A stretch of DNA of 32,000 nt from Erysipelothrix inopinata. Lineage in GTDB: Bacteria > Bacillota_I > Bacilli_A > Erysipelotrichales > Erysipelotrichaceae. Shown here one piece after another: positions 19,301 to 26,282 of this stretch; position 1 is the first letter of the stretch; the number at the start of each line of letters is the position of its first letter. The notes under the pieces are model-generated. The model was not told the origin of the DNA and ran no database searches. It saw only the letters and a program-made list of their open reading frames with translations. The translations under genes and the position numbers were made by a program. The stretch covers positions 2,040,001 to 2,072,000 of the forward strand of contig NZ_CP060715.1 of the NCBI RefSeq assembly GCF_014396165.1, written 5' to 3'.

Positions 19301-20510
19301 CTGAATCTTCCCAAGCTATATATTCGCCATTTTCAGCAAGACCACCTTCAAATTGAGAGTTAAAAACCATGAAAAGAGCATCTCCATATTCGTATGAGTA
19401 AACGGAACCATCATGAGTTCCCTCTACTACATTTCTTTCCAAGTTAAAGTGGTTATAAAAATTATTATTTTCAGTAGTAACATCCCCATCATAATCGTTT
19501 ACCTCGTGTCCTCCTAAAACAGGAACAAAAGGAACATTTAGAAGCGAATCTTCTGCGACACTTAACATATATTGCCAATGTGATTCTAAATCACCATTAT
19601 CTACAAGATCTCCCGCAAGAATTAAAAACTTAGGGTCGTCAATATGATTTCGTGCTTTTCTAAAAGTATCTGCCCATGGTTTAAAGTTTTCAAGAGATGA
19701 AGCTTGGGAATCTGCTCCTACAATAAAATGAAAGCTTGAGTTTTCTTCTGTATCAGTGGTGAAAGAACCGATTTTTGACCATTCAAAACCATTTCCCAGA
19801 CGGAATCGGTATTGTGTTCCAGGCTTTAAATCTAGAGCATCAACTTTATGAGAATAAAAAACATGCTTATTATCAGTTTTTCGATCATTTTCGTCAAGAT
19901 ACGTCTCTACTCTATCACTAATCCCTTTGTAAACTTGATATGAATCAAGAGGAAACTTCTCATCAATAACTTGAGACGCTTCTACTATTTGAACGATTGA
20001 TTCAGTATTTGAGTCAGTATACCACGCAAATCCCATTGATGTTTTCGGAGATTTTGCAAAGGTCATATTCATGAGTTTAGGAATAAAAGGTGAAACCTGT
20101 GTTTCGAACGACCAGATTACATCCCGCACTAATTTTTGATTATCCGTTCCCTCCAATGACTCCTTATTAATTCTAACTGTATACTCTTCTCCAAAATTCA
20201 ATGTTTCGTGATTGATTTTAATTTTGTTATTTTCAATTTCAAAAGTTATATTTGGGATATGTCCTTTATTTCCGATCATCGTGATATTATCTGATACTAA
20301 TTTTATATCATAATTAAATGTTGCTTCTATCTTTGTATCTTCCGATACTTTTTTTGCACCATTAACTGGAAGAACATTAAGATCGCGGATAGGCTCAGAA
20401 ATTTCTGAGTCATTGATTCGTAATCCTTCTATTTTAACTTCTTTAATTCGATTTGAACCATAACCTCCAATGTCTCCCCGCTCGTACTTACTGCAGTGTG
20501 TTTCTTCCAT
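16311..20510 (-). CDS. Body of an LPXTG-anchored multi-domain surface enzyme with no signal peptide in this frame. Domain order: Ig-like domain, purple-acid-phosphatase N-domain, calcineurin-like metallophosphoesterase, 2x FN3, glycoside hydrolase family 8, FN3, FIVAR-like helical domain, LPGTG anchor
   Basis: - Metallophosphoesterase motifs: GADSQ, GDLVDNGD, GGHE, FHKSPY, AHDHMY (about 19071-19736).
- GH8: catalytic-acid context TVSEAHGYGM and the family signature ADSAIDGDMDIAYSLILAHEQW (domain about 16956-18116).
- Three FN3-like modules with W..S and Y.Y.V patterns.
- The FIVAR-like segment reads YYTELTWIPFETARKEAHDFI ... TQEMVDLMYSNLKSAMNNL.
- The sortase signal LPGTG is at 16392-16406, followed by a TM helix and a KVKKS tail. 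Confidence 0.85.
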   Translation of the reverse strand: MEETHCSKYERGDIGGYGSNRIKEVKIEGLRINDSEISEPIRDLNVLPVNGAKKVSEDTKIEATFNYDIKLVSDNITMIGNKGHIPNITFEIENNKIKINHETLNFGEEYTVRINKESLEGTDNQKLVRDVIWSFETQVSPFIPKLMNMTFAKSPKTSMGFAWYTDSNTESIVQIVEASQVIDEKFPLDSYQVYKGISDRVETYLDENDRKTDNKHVFYSHKVDALDLKPGTQYRFRLGNGFEWSKIGSFTTDTEENSSFHFIVGADSQASSLENFKPWADTFRKARNHIDDPKFLILAGDLVDNGDLESHWQYMLSVAEDSLLNVPFVPVLGGHEVNDYDGDVTTENNNFYNHFNLERNVVEGTHDGSVYSYEYGDALFMVFNSQFEGGLAENGEYIAWEDSEFRAQVDWMRHTVAKSEKKWKFVTFHKSPYAAGDNSAQWEDERVQFYRKHLIPVFDELAIDMVFEAHDHMYMRSFQMLGNEVIPFESIEKDSDGNYINPKGTVYLMPNALGNKFYTKNNQHYLDENWDAVEIIGEDGKPIPYDDFFAAIDEQPFKKMFTDMGISENILTMTSYTAAVEDEGKANTVGDGLVEYDKYGIVRTDEAPNQISNLTYTANNDELELSWSKPDKGAPVRGYRVYESNDKMGTHWSQYIETDEDNIHLKIDKINPNIKYSFNVVPVGIRTNGQVSSIIINSQQEGNEPPTTPKNVIGKAISQYEVEISWESSISDTGIKYYKIYRDNVFIGISRSTSFRDSGLLQKTNYNYEVSAVNDEDIESQKSDKVIIMTLEGHIGRSFPQHTRYVSDSIRPNHISQEEMDQTVQRLFTEWKQKYLKVDPNNIDQKYVWYSDGNPDDYEDNEITVSEAHGYGMIILAMMANQYNHTQSDYDAMFRYFKAHPSEINSNLMAWQQGLVDGVIVDINGADSAIDGDMDIAYSLILAHEQWGSLGNINYLTEARKVIDAIMESEVDHERWTLNLADWANSDKYLGATRPSDWMMQHLKDFRIVSGDVRWDNVINNTYELSETIYKEYSTDTGLLPDFIVLDEGKHIPAPSEFLESENDGNYYYNSARTPWRLATDYLVTGEKRAYSQLETLNRWLRESTSDDVNEIKSGFTLNGEVVGDWQDLTFTAPFMVSAMMHADHQTWLNDLWDLNASADTQDEVYFGNNLRLLSMIVVSGNWFTPTVKDTLAPTAPVIDKVDIVSQSSVQIEWLKSEDNMGIKLYHVYRDGVEIASTENLYYLDSNLSSEHNYQYWVVAEDTAGNYSKASNTRIVTIKQNEVDQIDLNSLIQLIQESDLKHKDYYTELTWIPFETARKEAHDFIKNINEETTQEMVDLMYSNLKSAMNNLKVRDNGKVPETEYPNGKLPGTGMSTSGIYIIGIGFILLGFLFIKVKKS

Positions 20511-21025
20511 CGAATATAGACTAATGATTCATTATCGAAAATTGATGGCAACTCTTTCTGGTTCAATCTTGATTCATTTGTATATTTTTCTTTGCTCATT
20601 ACTAACGTTTCATCATCAATATTTTCCCAATTTGTACCATCTAAACTTGCCTGAATTTTAAAATCTTTAGGTCCTGATCCTGAAGAAGTTTGACTCGAAG
20701 ATAGTTTCAAATTTTTATATCCAAGTGTTGGAACAATCATTAACCAGTATTGTTCTACTTCTTCATCAGCACTCCAACCCCAATAGCTTAGAGTTCCTTG
20801 AGAATCTACACCTTCCAAATAAGGACCTCCCTTCGCTTCAAACGTCGCGGAGCTTCGGTATTGTCCATTTTGTGCTCGATAGACACCATGCTTGCTCTCT
20901 TCTTTAAAAGTAAACTCGGCAATTAAATCTGATTTTGCCTCATCTGCATGTGCAATCGGAATGCTTGCAACGCTTAAAGCTACAATCAACAATAAAACTC
21001 TCAATTTTTTGAGAATGTATTTCAT
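20429..21025 (-). CDS. Signal-peptide-bearing N-terminal module of the same surface protein, in a different reading frame (frameshifted 5' segment)
   Basis: - MKYILKKLRVLLLIVALSVASIPIAHADE is a Sec signal peptide behind RBS AGGAGGG.
- It is followed by a roughly 150-aa beta-rich module (GPKDFKIQASLDGTNWENI).
- The ORF overlaps the 16311-20510 ORF by 82 nt in another frame.
- Its last 15 codons look like out-of-frame read-through. Confidence 0.7.
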   Translation of the reverse strand: MKYILKKLRVLLLIVALSVASIPIAHADEAKSDLIAEFTFKEESKHGVYRAQNGQYRSSATFEAKGGPYLEGVDSQGTLSYWGWSADEEVEQYWLMIVPTLGYKNLKLSSSQTSSGSGPKDFKIQASLDGTNWENIDDETLVMSKEKYTNESRLNQKELPSIFDNESLVYIRWKKHTAVSTSGETLEVMVQIELKKLK

Positions 21026-21107
21026 AATTCCCTCCTACGGACTGATAGCCCTTTCTTCACTAGCCTATCAAACCTTAACTCTTTCAACAATCTTCTCAAC
21101 CATCGTT

Positions 21108-21119
21108 TGAACTAGTACA
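21108..21119. promoter_or_regulatory. Operator-like site TGAACTAGTACA (11 of 12 match to the TGTACTAGTACA palindrome) upstream of the surface-enzyme gene
   Basis: Located 83 nt upstream of the ATG at 21025 and immediately downstream of the MocR-gene terminator. It shares ACTAGTACA with the perfect palindrome at 22533-22544. Confidence 0.45.
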
Positions 21120-21123
21120 AAAA

Positions 21124-21144
21124 AACATCACCTAAAGTGATGTT
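21124..21144 (-). terminator. Rho-independent terminator of the MocR-type regulator gene
   Basis: 8-bp stem AACATCAC / GTGATGTT with a 5-nt loop that includes the stop codon, followed on the minus strand by TTTTTTT. Confidence 0.7.
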
Positions 21145-22484
21145 AAATAAACCTCATTAATAATTTCATAGAGTAGTGTCAGCGCTTTAGAAACCTGTTT
21201 AATCTTAATTCGAGACATTGAGATACGTATCGAGTTGTCATAATCGTCTTTATTGTAAAATGCCATTCTATTAGAAGAAACAATAATCGAGTTTTTTTCA
21301 CATTCACGAATCAGTTGTTCAACATCGATTACTTTTGATAATCTAATTGTTGAGTAGTATCCACAGTCCCCACCTATATGTTCTGCTATTTTTGAGTCCC
21401 ATTTTCGTGTAACTTCACGAGCAATTTTAAGTTTTTGTGTTAAACTATCTGACACTGATTGAGCATTTGTGACTAAAATATCTGATCTTACTGCTGCCTC
21501 TAATGTCGCTTGCGATACTAAATCCGGCATATGATATGATAAAAAATAGTTTTCATCTGCTGCTTCGGAAAACGAATCCGTTAAATCATCTGGGACTACA
21601 ACATACCCAATTCTAATATATGGAAATAACTTAGAATATGATTTCATATAAATACAATTTTTAAAATCAGAAAAATAATATAGTGGCGAATATTTCGGAA
21701 TTGCATAAGAATCATTGAAGTAATCATCCTCAACAATATACACTTCATATTGATGTGCAAGTCGAACAATTTCTTTTCGTTGTGAATGACTCAGAGCAGT
21801 TCCTAATGGATTGTGATTTCGAGGGACAATATAGAAAAACTTTATAGATTCTTCTTTAAATATACGTTCTAACTCAACTAAGTCAATACCCTCTTCGTTG
21901 CGGTTAATTGTAACAACGTCTAATCCGAGTGAATGCATCATTTCATTACAAAATGTATATGTTGGAGATTCTAAAAGAACTCGTGTATTACCGTTTGGAA
22001 ATTCCATTCTTGATAATACAGATACGGTTTGTATTACGCCTTGAGTTAAGAAAAAATTCTCGGTTTTGCAGTAGATATCATAATTTTCAAGATGATCAAC
22101 CATCAGTTCATTTAAGGATGACATTCCACGAACATCTGATTCCAACGAATTATTTCTATATAAATCAACAGCAATATTTAAAACATGTTTTGCTTCGATA
22201 ATAGAAAAAGTATCAACGGTAGGATTCCCTGTTCCTAAATCCATTATATTTCCATTCTCTTCTTCATCCCTTAATAAATCGTCCGCAACGTAGAATCCGC
22301 TATTTGCTTTGGAGTACACTATATGTTCGTAGCGCAATATATCAAATGCTTTTATCACTGTTCCCTTACTACAATTATACTCTTTCGAAAGAAATCGTAT
22401 TGATTCAAATCGCTCTCCAGGTAAAATTTCTCCATTAAGTATCTTATTTTTTAAGTCGTGTGCTATTTTCTCATACTTTAACAT
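21132..22484 (-). CDS. MocR-subfamily GntR transcriptional regulator (N-terminal wHTH fused to a fold-type I aminotransferase-like PLP domain)
   Basis: - GntR HTH: KYEKIAHDLKNKILNGEILPGERFESIRFLSKEYNCSKGTVIKAFDILRYEHIVYSKANSGFYV.
- The aminotransferase-fold part retains the PLP-binding landmarks: NHNPLG, VEDDY, and SYSK with K285 (21630-21632), followed by IRIGYVV. Confidence 0.9.
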   Translation of the reverse strand: MLKYEKIAHDLKNKILNGEILPGERFESIRFLSKEYNCSKGTVIKAFDILRYEHIVYSKANSGFYVADDLLRDEEENGNIMDLGTGNPTVDTFSIIEAKHVLNIAVDLYRNNSLESDVRGMSSLNELMVDHLENYDIYCKTENFFLTQGVIQTVSVLSRMEFPNGNTRVLLESPTYTFCNEMMHSLGLDVVTINRNEEGIDLVELERIFKEESIKFFYIVPRNHNPLGTALSHSQRKEIVRLAHQYEVYIVEDDYFNDSYAIPKYSPLYYFSDFKNCIYMKSYSKLFPYIRIGYVVVPDDLTDSFSEAADENYFLSYHMPDLVSQATLEAAVRSDILVTNAQSVSDSLTQKLKIAREVTRKWDSKIAEHIGGDCGYYSTIRLSKVIDVEQLIRECEKNSIIVSSNRMAFYNKDDYDNSIRISMSRIKIKQVSKALTLLYEIINEVYLTSL

Positions 22485-22532
22485 AACTCACCTCTTTTTA
22501 CAGTTTAACATATTGTAGACCATTTCATAGCG

Positions 22533-22544
22533 TGTACTAGTACA
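22533..22544. promoter_or_regulatory. Perfect 12-bp palindrome TGTACTAGTACA in the divergent MocR / PTS IIC intergenic region (candidate operator)
   Basis: All 6 positions are self-complementary. The site lies 49 nt upstream of the regulator ATG and overlaps the -35 position of a minus-strand TACAAT box (22512-22517). It is 92 nt upstream of the IIC ATG. Confidence 0.55.
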
Positions 22545-22635
22545 AACGCTTGTTGATGCAATTGCTTGTAAGTTGCTTTCACGTTAACTTATAGGTGTAA
22601 GGGCTAACAGCTCATTAGAGGAGGAGAAATATTAC

Positions 22636-23961
22636 ATGACAAATCTCATGGAGAAATTTGCATCATGGCTTGAAGAACACTTCTTGCCTATAGCAAGTGC
22701 AATTGGTAACCAGAGACATTTAGTAGCATTACGTGATGGTTTTATTGCAACAATGCCAGTAAGTATGTCTGGTGCATTAGTTGTTATGTTTAAAGAAGTA
22801 ATTTTTACTTCTGAATCGTTATTCGGAACTATGCTTAACAAACTAAGCTTTTATGCCGAAAATATTCAACCCGTGCTTGACCGAACACTTGTACCGGTAT
22901 TGGAGCAAATGTGGTGGGGAACACTTGCTCTTGGTATTATATTTAGTGTGTTTACGATTGCTTATAAACTTGCTGAGCATTATAAACAAGATGCACTATC
23001 TGCTGGTGTTCTCGCAGTGGTATCTTATTTAATACTATTACCACAAGCAGTCGAAGGCGGAGAATGGGGTACAATTTCTTGGACATCATTCAACTCGGAA
23101 GCTATATTTACCGGATTAATTGTTGCCATGATTTCTACAGAAATCTTTAACTGGGTAGTAAACAAGGGCTGGACGATAAAAATGCCAGACAAAGTACCAC
23201 CAGCAGTATCAAAAGCATTCTCTGCTATGATTCCAGCATTCTTTGTATTAACCTTCTTTGGTATCGTTTCAGTATGTTTCCAAGAAGGTCTTGGAATACC
23301 AATGCAACAGTTCATCAATAATGCTATTCAGGTTCCACTAACAAAATTAGGTCAGTCACCATTTACATTTATATTGCTAGTATTTATTGCCCAAATATTA
23401 TGGTTCTTTGGTCTTCATGGAATCACAATTATCGGTCCTGTTTTAGACACAATGTATTCACCAGCTCTTGCAGCAAATGCAGAAGCTATTATGATTAAAG
23501 GAGTCGCTCCTACAAATGCAATCACACGTAACATGTTAGACTTATATGGTATGCATGGCGGCAGTGGTGCAACACTAGCTCTGATTATTGCTATATTCTT
23601 AGTATCAAAAAGAACCGAATACAAATCATTGGCTAAGATGTCTTTAATGCCAGGGGTTTTCCAAATTAATGAACCAATTATTTATGGATTGCCAATTGTA
23701 TTAAATCCAATTTTAGCAATTCCATTTATTATTATTCCACCAATAACAGTATTTATTGGTTGGTTATTTACTGCTGTAATACCGTTTGCCGGTTTCGTTT
23801 ACATTGATCCACCTTGGGTCGTTCCACCTGTACTTAATGCATTCCTTGCAACAGGAGGAGATATAAAAGCTGCAATTCTAGCATTCGCCACTTTAGTTAT
23901 AGCAATACTAATTTACATGCCATTTATTATGATTGCTAACAAAATGGAAGATTCTATCTAA
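22636..23961 (+). CDS. PTS sugar transporter subunit IIC, lactose/cellobiose/chitobiose (Lac) family
   Basis: 441-aa polytopic protein. The N-terminus LPIASAIGNQRHLVALRDGFIATMP and the later FFGLHG and NEPIIYGLPIVLNP are hallmark motifs of CelB/LicC/ChbC-type IIC. RBS GAGGAGGAG lies upstream. Confidence 0.93.
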   Translation: MTNLMEKFASWLEEHFLPIASAIGNQRHLVALRDGFIATMPVSMSGALVVMFKEVIFTSESLFGTMLNKLSFYAENIQPVLDRTLVPVLEQMWWGTLALGIIFSVFTIAYKLAEHYKQDALSAGVLAVVSYLILLPQAVEGGEWGTISWTSFNSEAIFTGLIVAMISTEIFNWVVNKGWTIKMPDKVPPAVSKAFSAMIPAFFVLTFFGIVSVCFQEGLGIPMQQFINNAIQVPLTKLGQSPFTFILLVFIAQILWFFGLHGITIIGPVLDTMYSPALAANAEAIMIKGVAPTNAITRNMLDLYGMHGGSGATLALIIAIFLVSKRTEYKSLAKMSLMPGVFQINEPIIYGLPIVLNPILAIPFIIIPPITVFIGWLFTAVIPFAGFVYIDPPWVVPPVLNAFLATGGDIKAAILAFATLVIAILIYMPFIMIANKMEDSI

Positions 23962-23963
23962 TG

Positions 23964-23993
23964 AAAACCCATCTCGAATGAGATGGGTTTTTT
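23964..23993. terminator. Bidirectional rho-independent terminator between PTS IIC (+) and the GH4 gene (-)
   Basis: Perfect 12-bp stem AAAACCCATCTC / GAGATGGGTTTT with loop GAAT. The T-run lies on the + strand and the A-tract gives a T-run on the - strand. Confidence 0.85.
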
Positions 23994-24009
23994 GTAATAA
24001 TAGCGATTA

Positions 24010-25326
24010 TTAGTTATGAAACTGTGGTAAGAAATCTTTATGTGCTTCCATCAATTCTGATACTACTCGATTTGCCAATGCATCACTGGGGCATAATGGA
24101 TTCGAACTCAATGCAGTAACAGCTAAATCATAATCACCTGTAACCGCAGCTTCACAAACCATTCTTTCAAATGATTTGATTGTTTGAATTGTACCATTAA
24201 TCTTGGGATTTAATTCCCCAACTGCAATCGGTTTTGGACCATCTGAAGTGATGACACACGCTACCTCAATTGCACTATCAAGTGGCAAGTTAGTGATTGC
24301 CCCATTGTTACGTACATTTACATATTGAATGTCACAGGAATTATTATGAATTGAATGAATCAAACTACAGGCTGCATCAGAGTAATGTGCCCCGCCACGT
24401 TGTTCTAGTTGTTTTGGTTTAACTTTAAGAGATTGATCTTTATAAAGTTCAAAAAGTTCATCTTCAAGTTTTTTTACAACTTCCCCTCTTACTGTGCCTG
24501 TTTTAAACTCTTCGAGTTGAGTATTGAGTTGTTCTTCAGTGAAGTAATAGTAGTTATGGTAAGGACAAGGTATCGCACCAAGACCTCTTAAAAATTCTGG
24601 CGAATAAGAGAGTGCTTCAAAGTTTTTCATAGCCAGCGCTTTTTCACTCTCTTCAGTATATTTATCAATCACTTTATCTAGAATAGATGCCCCTTTATGA
24701 TAGACATCAGTAACGAATACATGATGGTTTACACCACTAAGCTCCATTGAAATTTCCTCAGGATCTAATTCTAACATATCTGCGAAAGTGTGTTTCATAT
24801 CAAAAGGAACGTTACATAAACCAATGACCTTTTTAAAATTTGTATACCTCAAGACTGCTTCCGTAACCATACCTGCAGGATTCGTAAAATTAATCAACCA
24901 TGCATCAGGACAAAGCTCCTCCATGTCTTTAACAATTTCCAAAATGACAGGAATAGTTCTAAATGCTTTGAACATTCCCCCCGCCCCATTTGTTTCTTGA
25001 CCAATCATACCATGTGATATTGGAATTCTCTCATCTAGTATTCTTGCTTGAAGCTGCCCCACTCGCATTTGCGTTGTTACATAGTCTGCATCTTTTAAAG
25101 CTTCTTTTCGGTCATAGCTTAAGTGAATTGTCATATTTACACCAGCTTCTTCAACCATCCGCTTTGCTAACGCTCCTACAATCTCTAATTTTTCCCTACC
25201 CTCTTCTATATCAACCAGCCACAATTCACTAATTGGTAACTCTCTATGTCTTAAAATGAATCCCTCAACCAATTCTGGAGTATATGAACTACCTCCACCA
25301 ATAGTAACTACTTTAATTTTTTTCAT
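24010..25326 (-). CDS. GH4 6-phospho-beta-glucosidase (LicH/CelF/ChbF-like, NAD+/Mn2+-dependent)
   Basis: It is near-colinear with LicH-type enzymes (KVVTIGGGSSYTPELVEGFI, GQETNGAGG, NFTNPAGMVTEA, GLCNVP, GVNHHVF, RGGAHYSDAA). The start is set at MKKIKVV (25326) behind GGAGGAAAAACA, immediately after the ROK stop codon. Confidence 0.95.
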   Translation of the reverse strand: MKKIKVVTIGGGSSYTPELVEGFILRHRELPISELWLVDIEEGREKLEIVGALAKRMVEEAGVNMTIHLSYDRKEALKDADYVTTQMRVGQLQARILDERIPISHGMIGQETNGAGGMFKAFRTIPVILEIVKDMEELCPDAWLINFTNPAGMVTEAVLRYTNFKKVIGLCNVPFDMKHTFADMLELDPEEISMELSGVNHHVFVTDVYHKGASILDKVIDKYTEESEKALAMKNFEALSYSPEFLRGLGAIPCPYHNYYYFTEEQLNTQLEEFKTGTVRGEVVKKLEDELFELYKDQSLKVKPKQLEQRGGAHYSDAACSLIHSIHNNSCDIQYVNVRNNGAITNLPLDSAIEVACVITSDGPKPIAVGELNPKINGTIQTIKSFERMVCEAAVTGDYDLAVTALSSNPLCPSDALANRVVSELMEAHKDFLPQFHN

Positions 25327-26213
25327 TGTTTTTCCTCCGTTTTCATACAATAATAGGCTGCACCAATCTTGCCAGCATCATTATGATGTTTACAAACATC
25401 AATATTCCATATTTTATAATATGGGGTCATTTTCTGAAGTGCACTTTTAACATCTTGAATTAGTTTAGATGATGCACTGACACCACCACCCAATAAAATT
25501 GTATCGGGATCTATTGAAAACGCGATGTTGTAAATTCCTGTACTGAGACAACGTATCCATTCATCGTATATTTGGAGCAATGGTTCGTTTTCTGAGCTTA
25601 ATAGTTCAAATACATTCCTCCCTGAAAATTCGCCATCGGAAATACCAAATAATTTAGATACTTTATTCACCAATGCCTCAGTTGCACTATTCTCGCTCAT
25701 AATTTCATAGTCAGTATAATTACTAAATTCTTTTGTTATCATATATCCAAACTCGCCTGCCATAAAATTACTCCCATGATATAATTGGTTGTTGATGATT
25801 ATTCCTCCACCAATTCCACTTCCAATTGTGATACAAACTAAATTGCTACTTCCTACACCATTACCCGTCCAGTGTTCAGCTAAGGTGGCACAGTTCGCAT
25901 CATTTTCGAGAACAGTACGGATTCCAGTACGTTGTTCAATGATTTCTCCTAGATATTTATTTGATAGAGTTGGAATTGCTCCTCCCTCTATAATTATTCC
26001 AGAATCAGTATTTACAGCTCCCGGAATACTTAATCCTATTCCGTCTAAATCTGAATATTTGGATACTATTGTATCAATAATGTCTAGTATTTCTTCAAAG
26101 TTATCTCGAACACTTTTAATCGGTCTCGGGTCGTGAACGAGTGAATTTCCAAGTTCATCATACAGCCCATGTTTGATTTCAGTTCCACCGATATCAATTC
26201 CTAAATATCTCAT
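25323..26213 (-). CDS. ROK-family sugar kinase (no N-terminal HTH, so a kinase rather than a repressor)
   Basis: The protein begins directly with the ATP-binding motif MRYLGIDIGGTEIK, and has ROK glycine-rich motifs (LENDANCATLAE, GSGIGGGIII) and GEFGY. It is 296 aa. Confidence 0.9.
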   Translation of the reverse strand: MRYLGIDIGGTEIKHGLYDELGNSLVHDPRPIKSVRDNFEEILDIIDTIVSKYSDLDGIGLSIPGAVNTDSGIIIEGGAIPTLSNKYLGEIIEQRTGIRTVLENDANCATLAEHWTGNGVGSSNLVCITIGSGIGGGIIINNQLYHGSNFMAGEFGYMITKEFSNYTDYEIMSENSATEALVNKVSKLFGISDGEFSGRNVFELLSSENEPLLQIYDEWIRCLSTGIYNIAFSIDPDTILLGGGVSASSKLIQDVKSALQKMTPYYKIWNIDVCKHHNDAGKIGAAYYCMKTEEKQ

Positions 26214-26282
26214 TATTCTATCACCTTTCCACTTTTATGATACATCCTCAAATCTGTCTCTACAACAGAACCAAATCATCAA

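Noticed and set aside
21036-21070. An imperfect inverted repeat TGATAG(CC)...(GC)CTATCA in the 5' leader of the surface-enzyme gene.
   Set aside because: It has only 6 contiguous base pairs with a 12-nt loop, and no second copy elsewhere in the window. This is within chance expectation.
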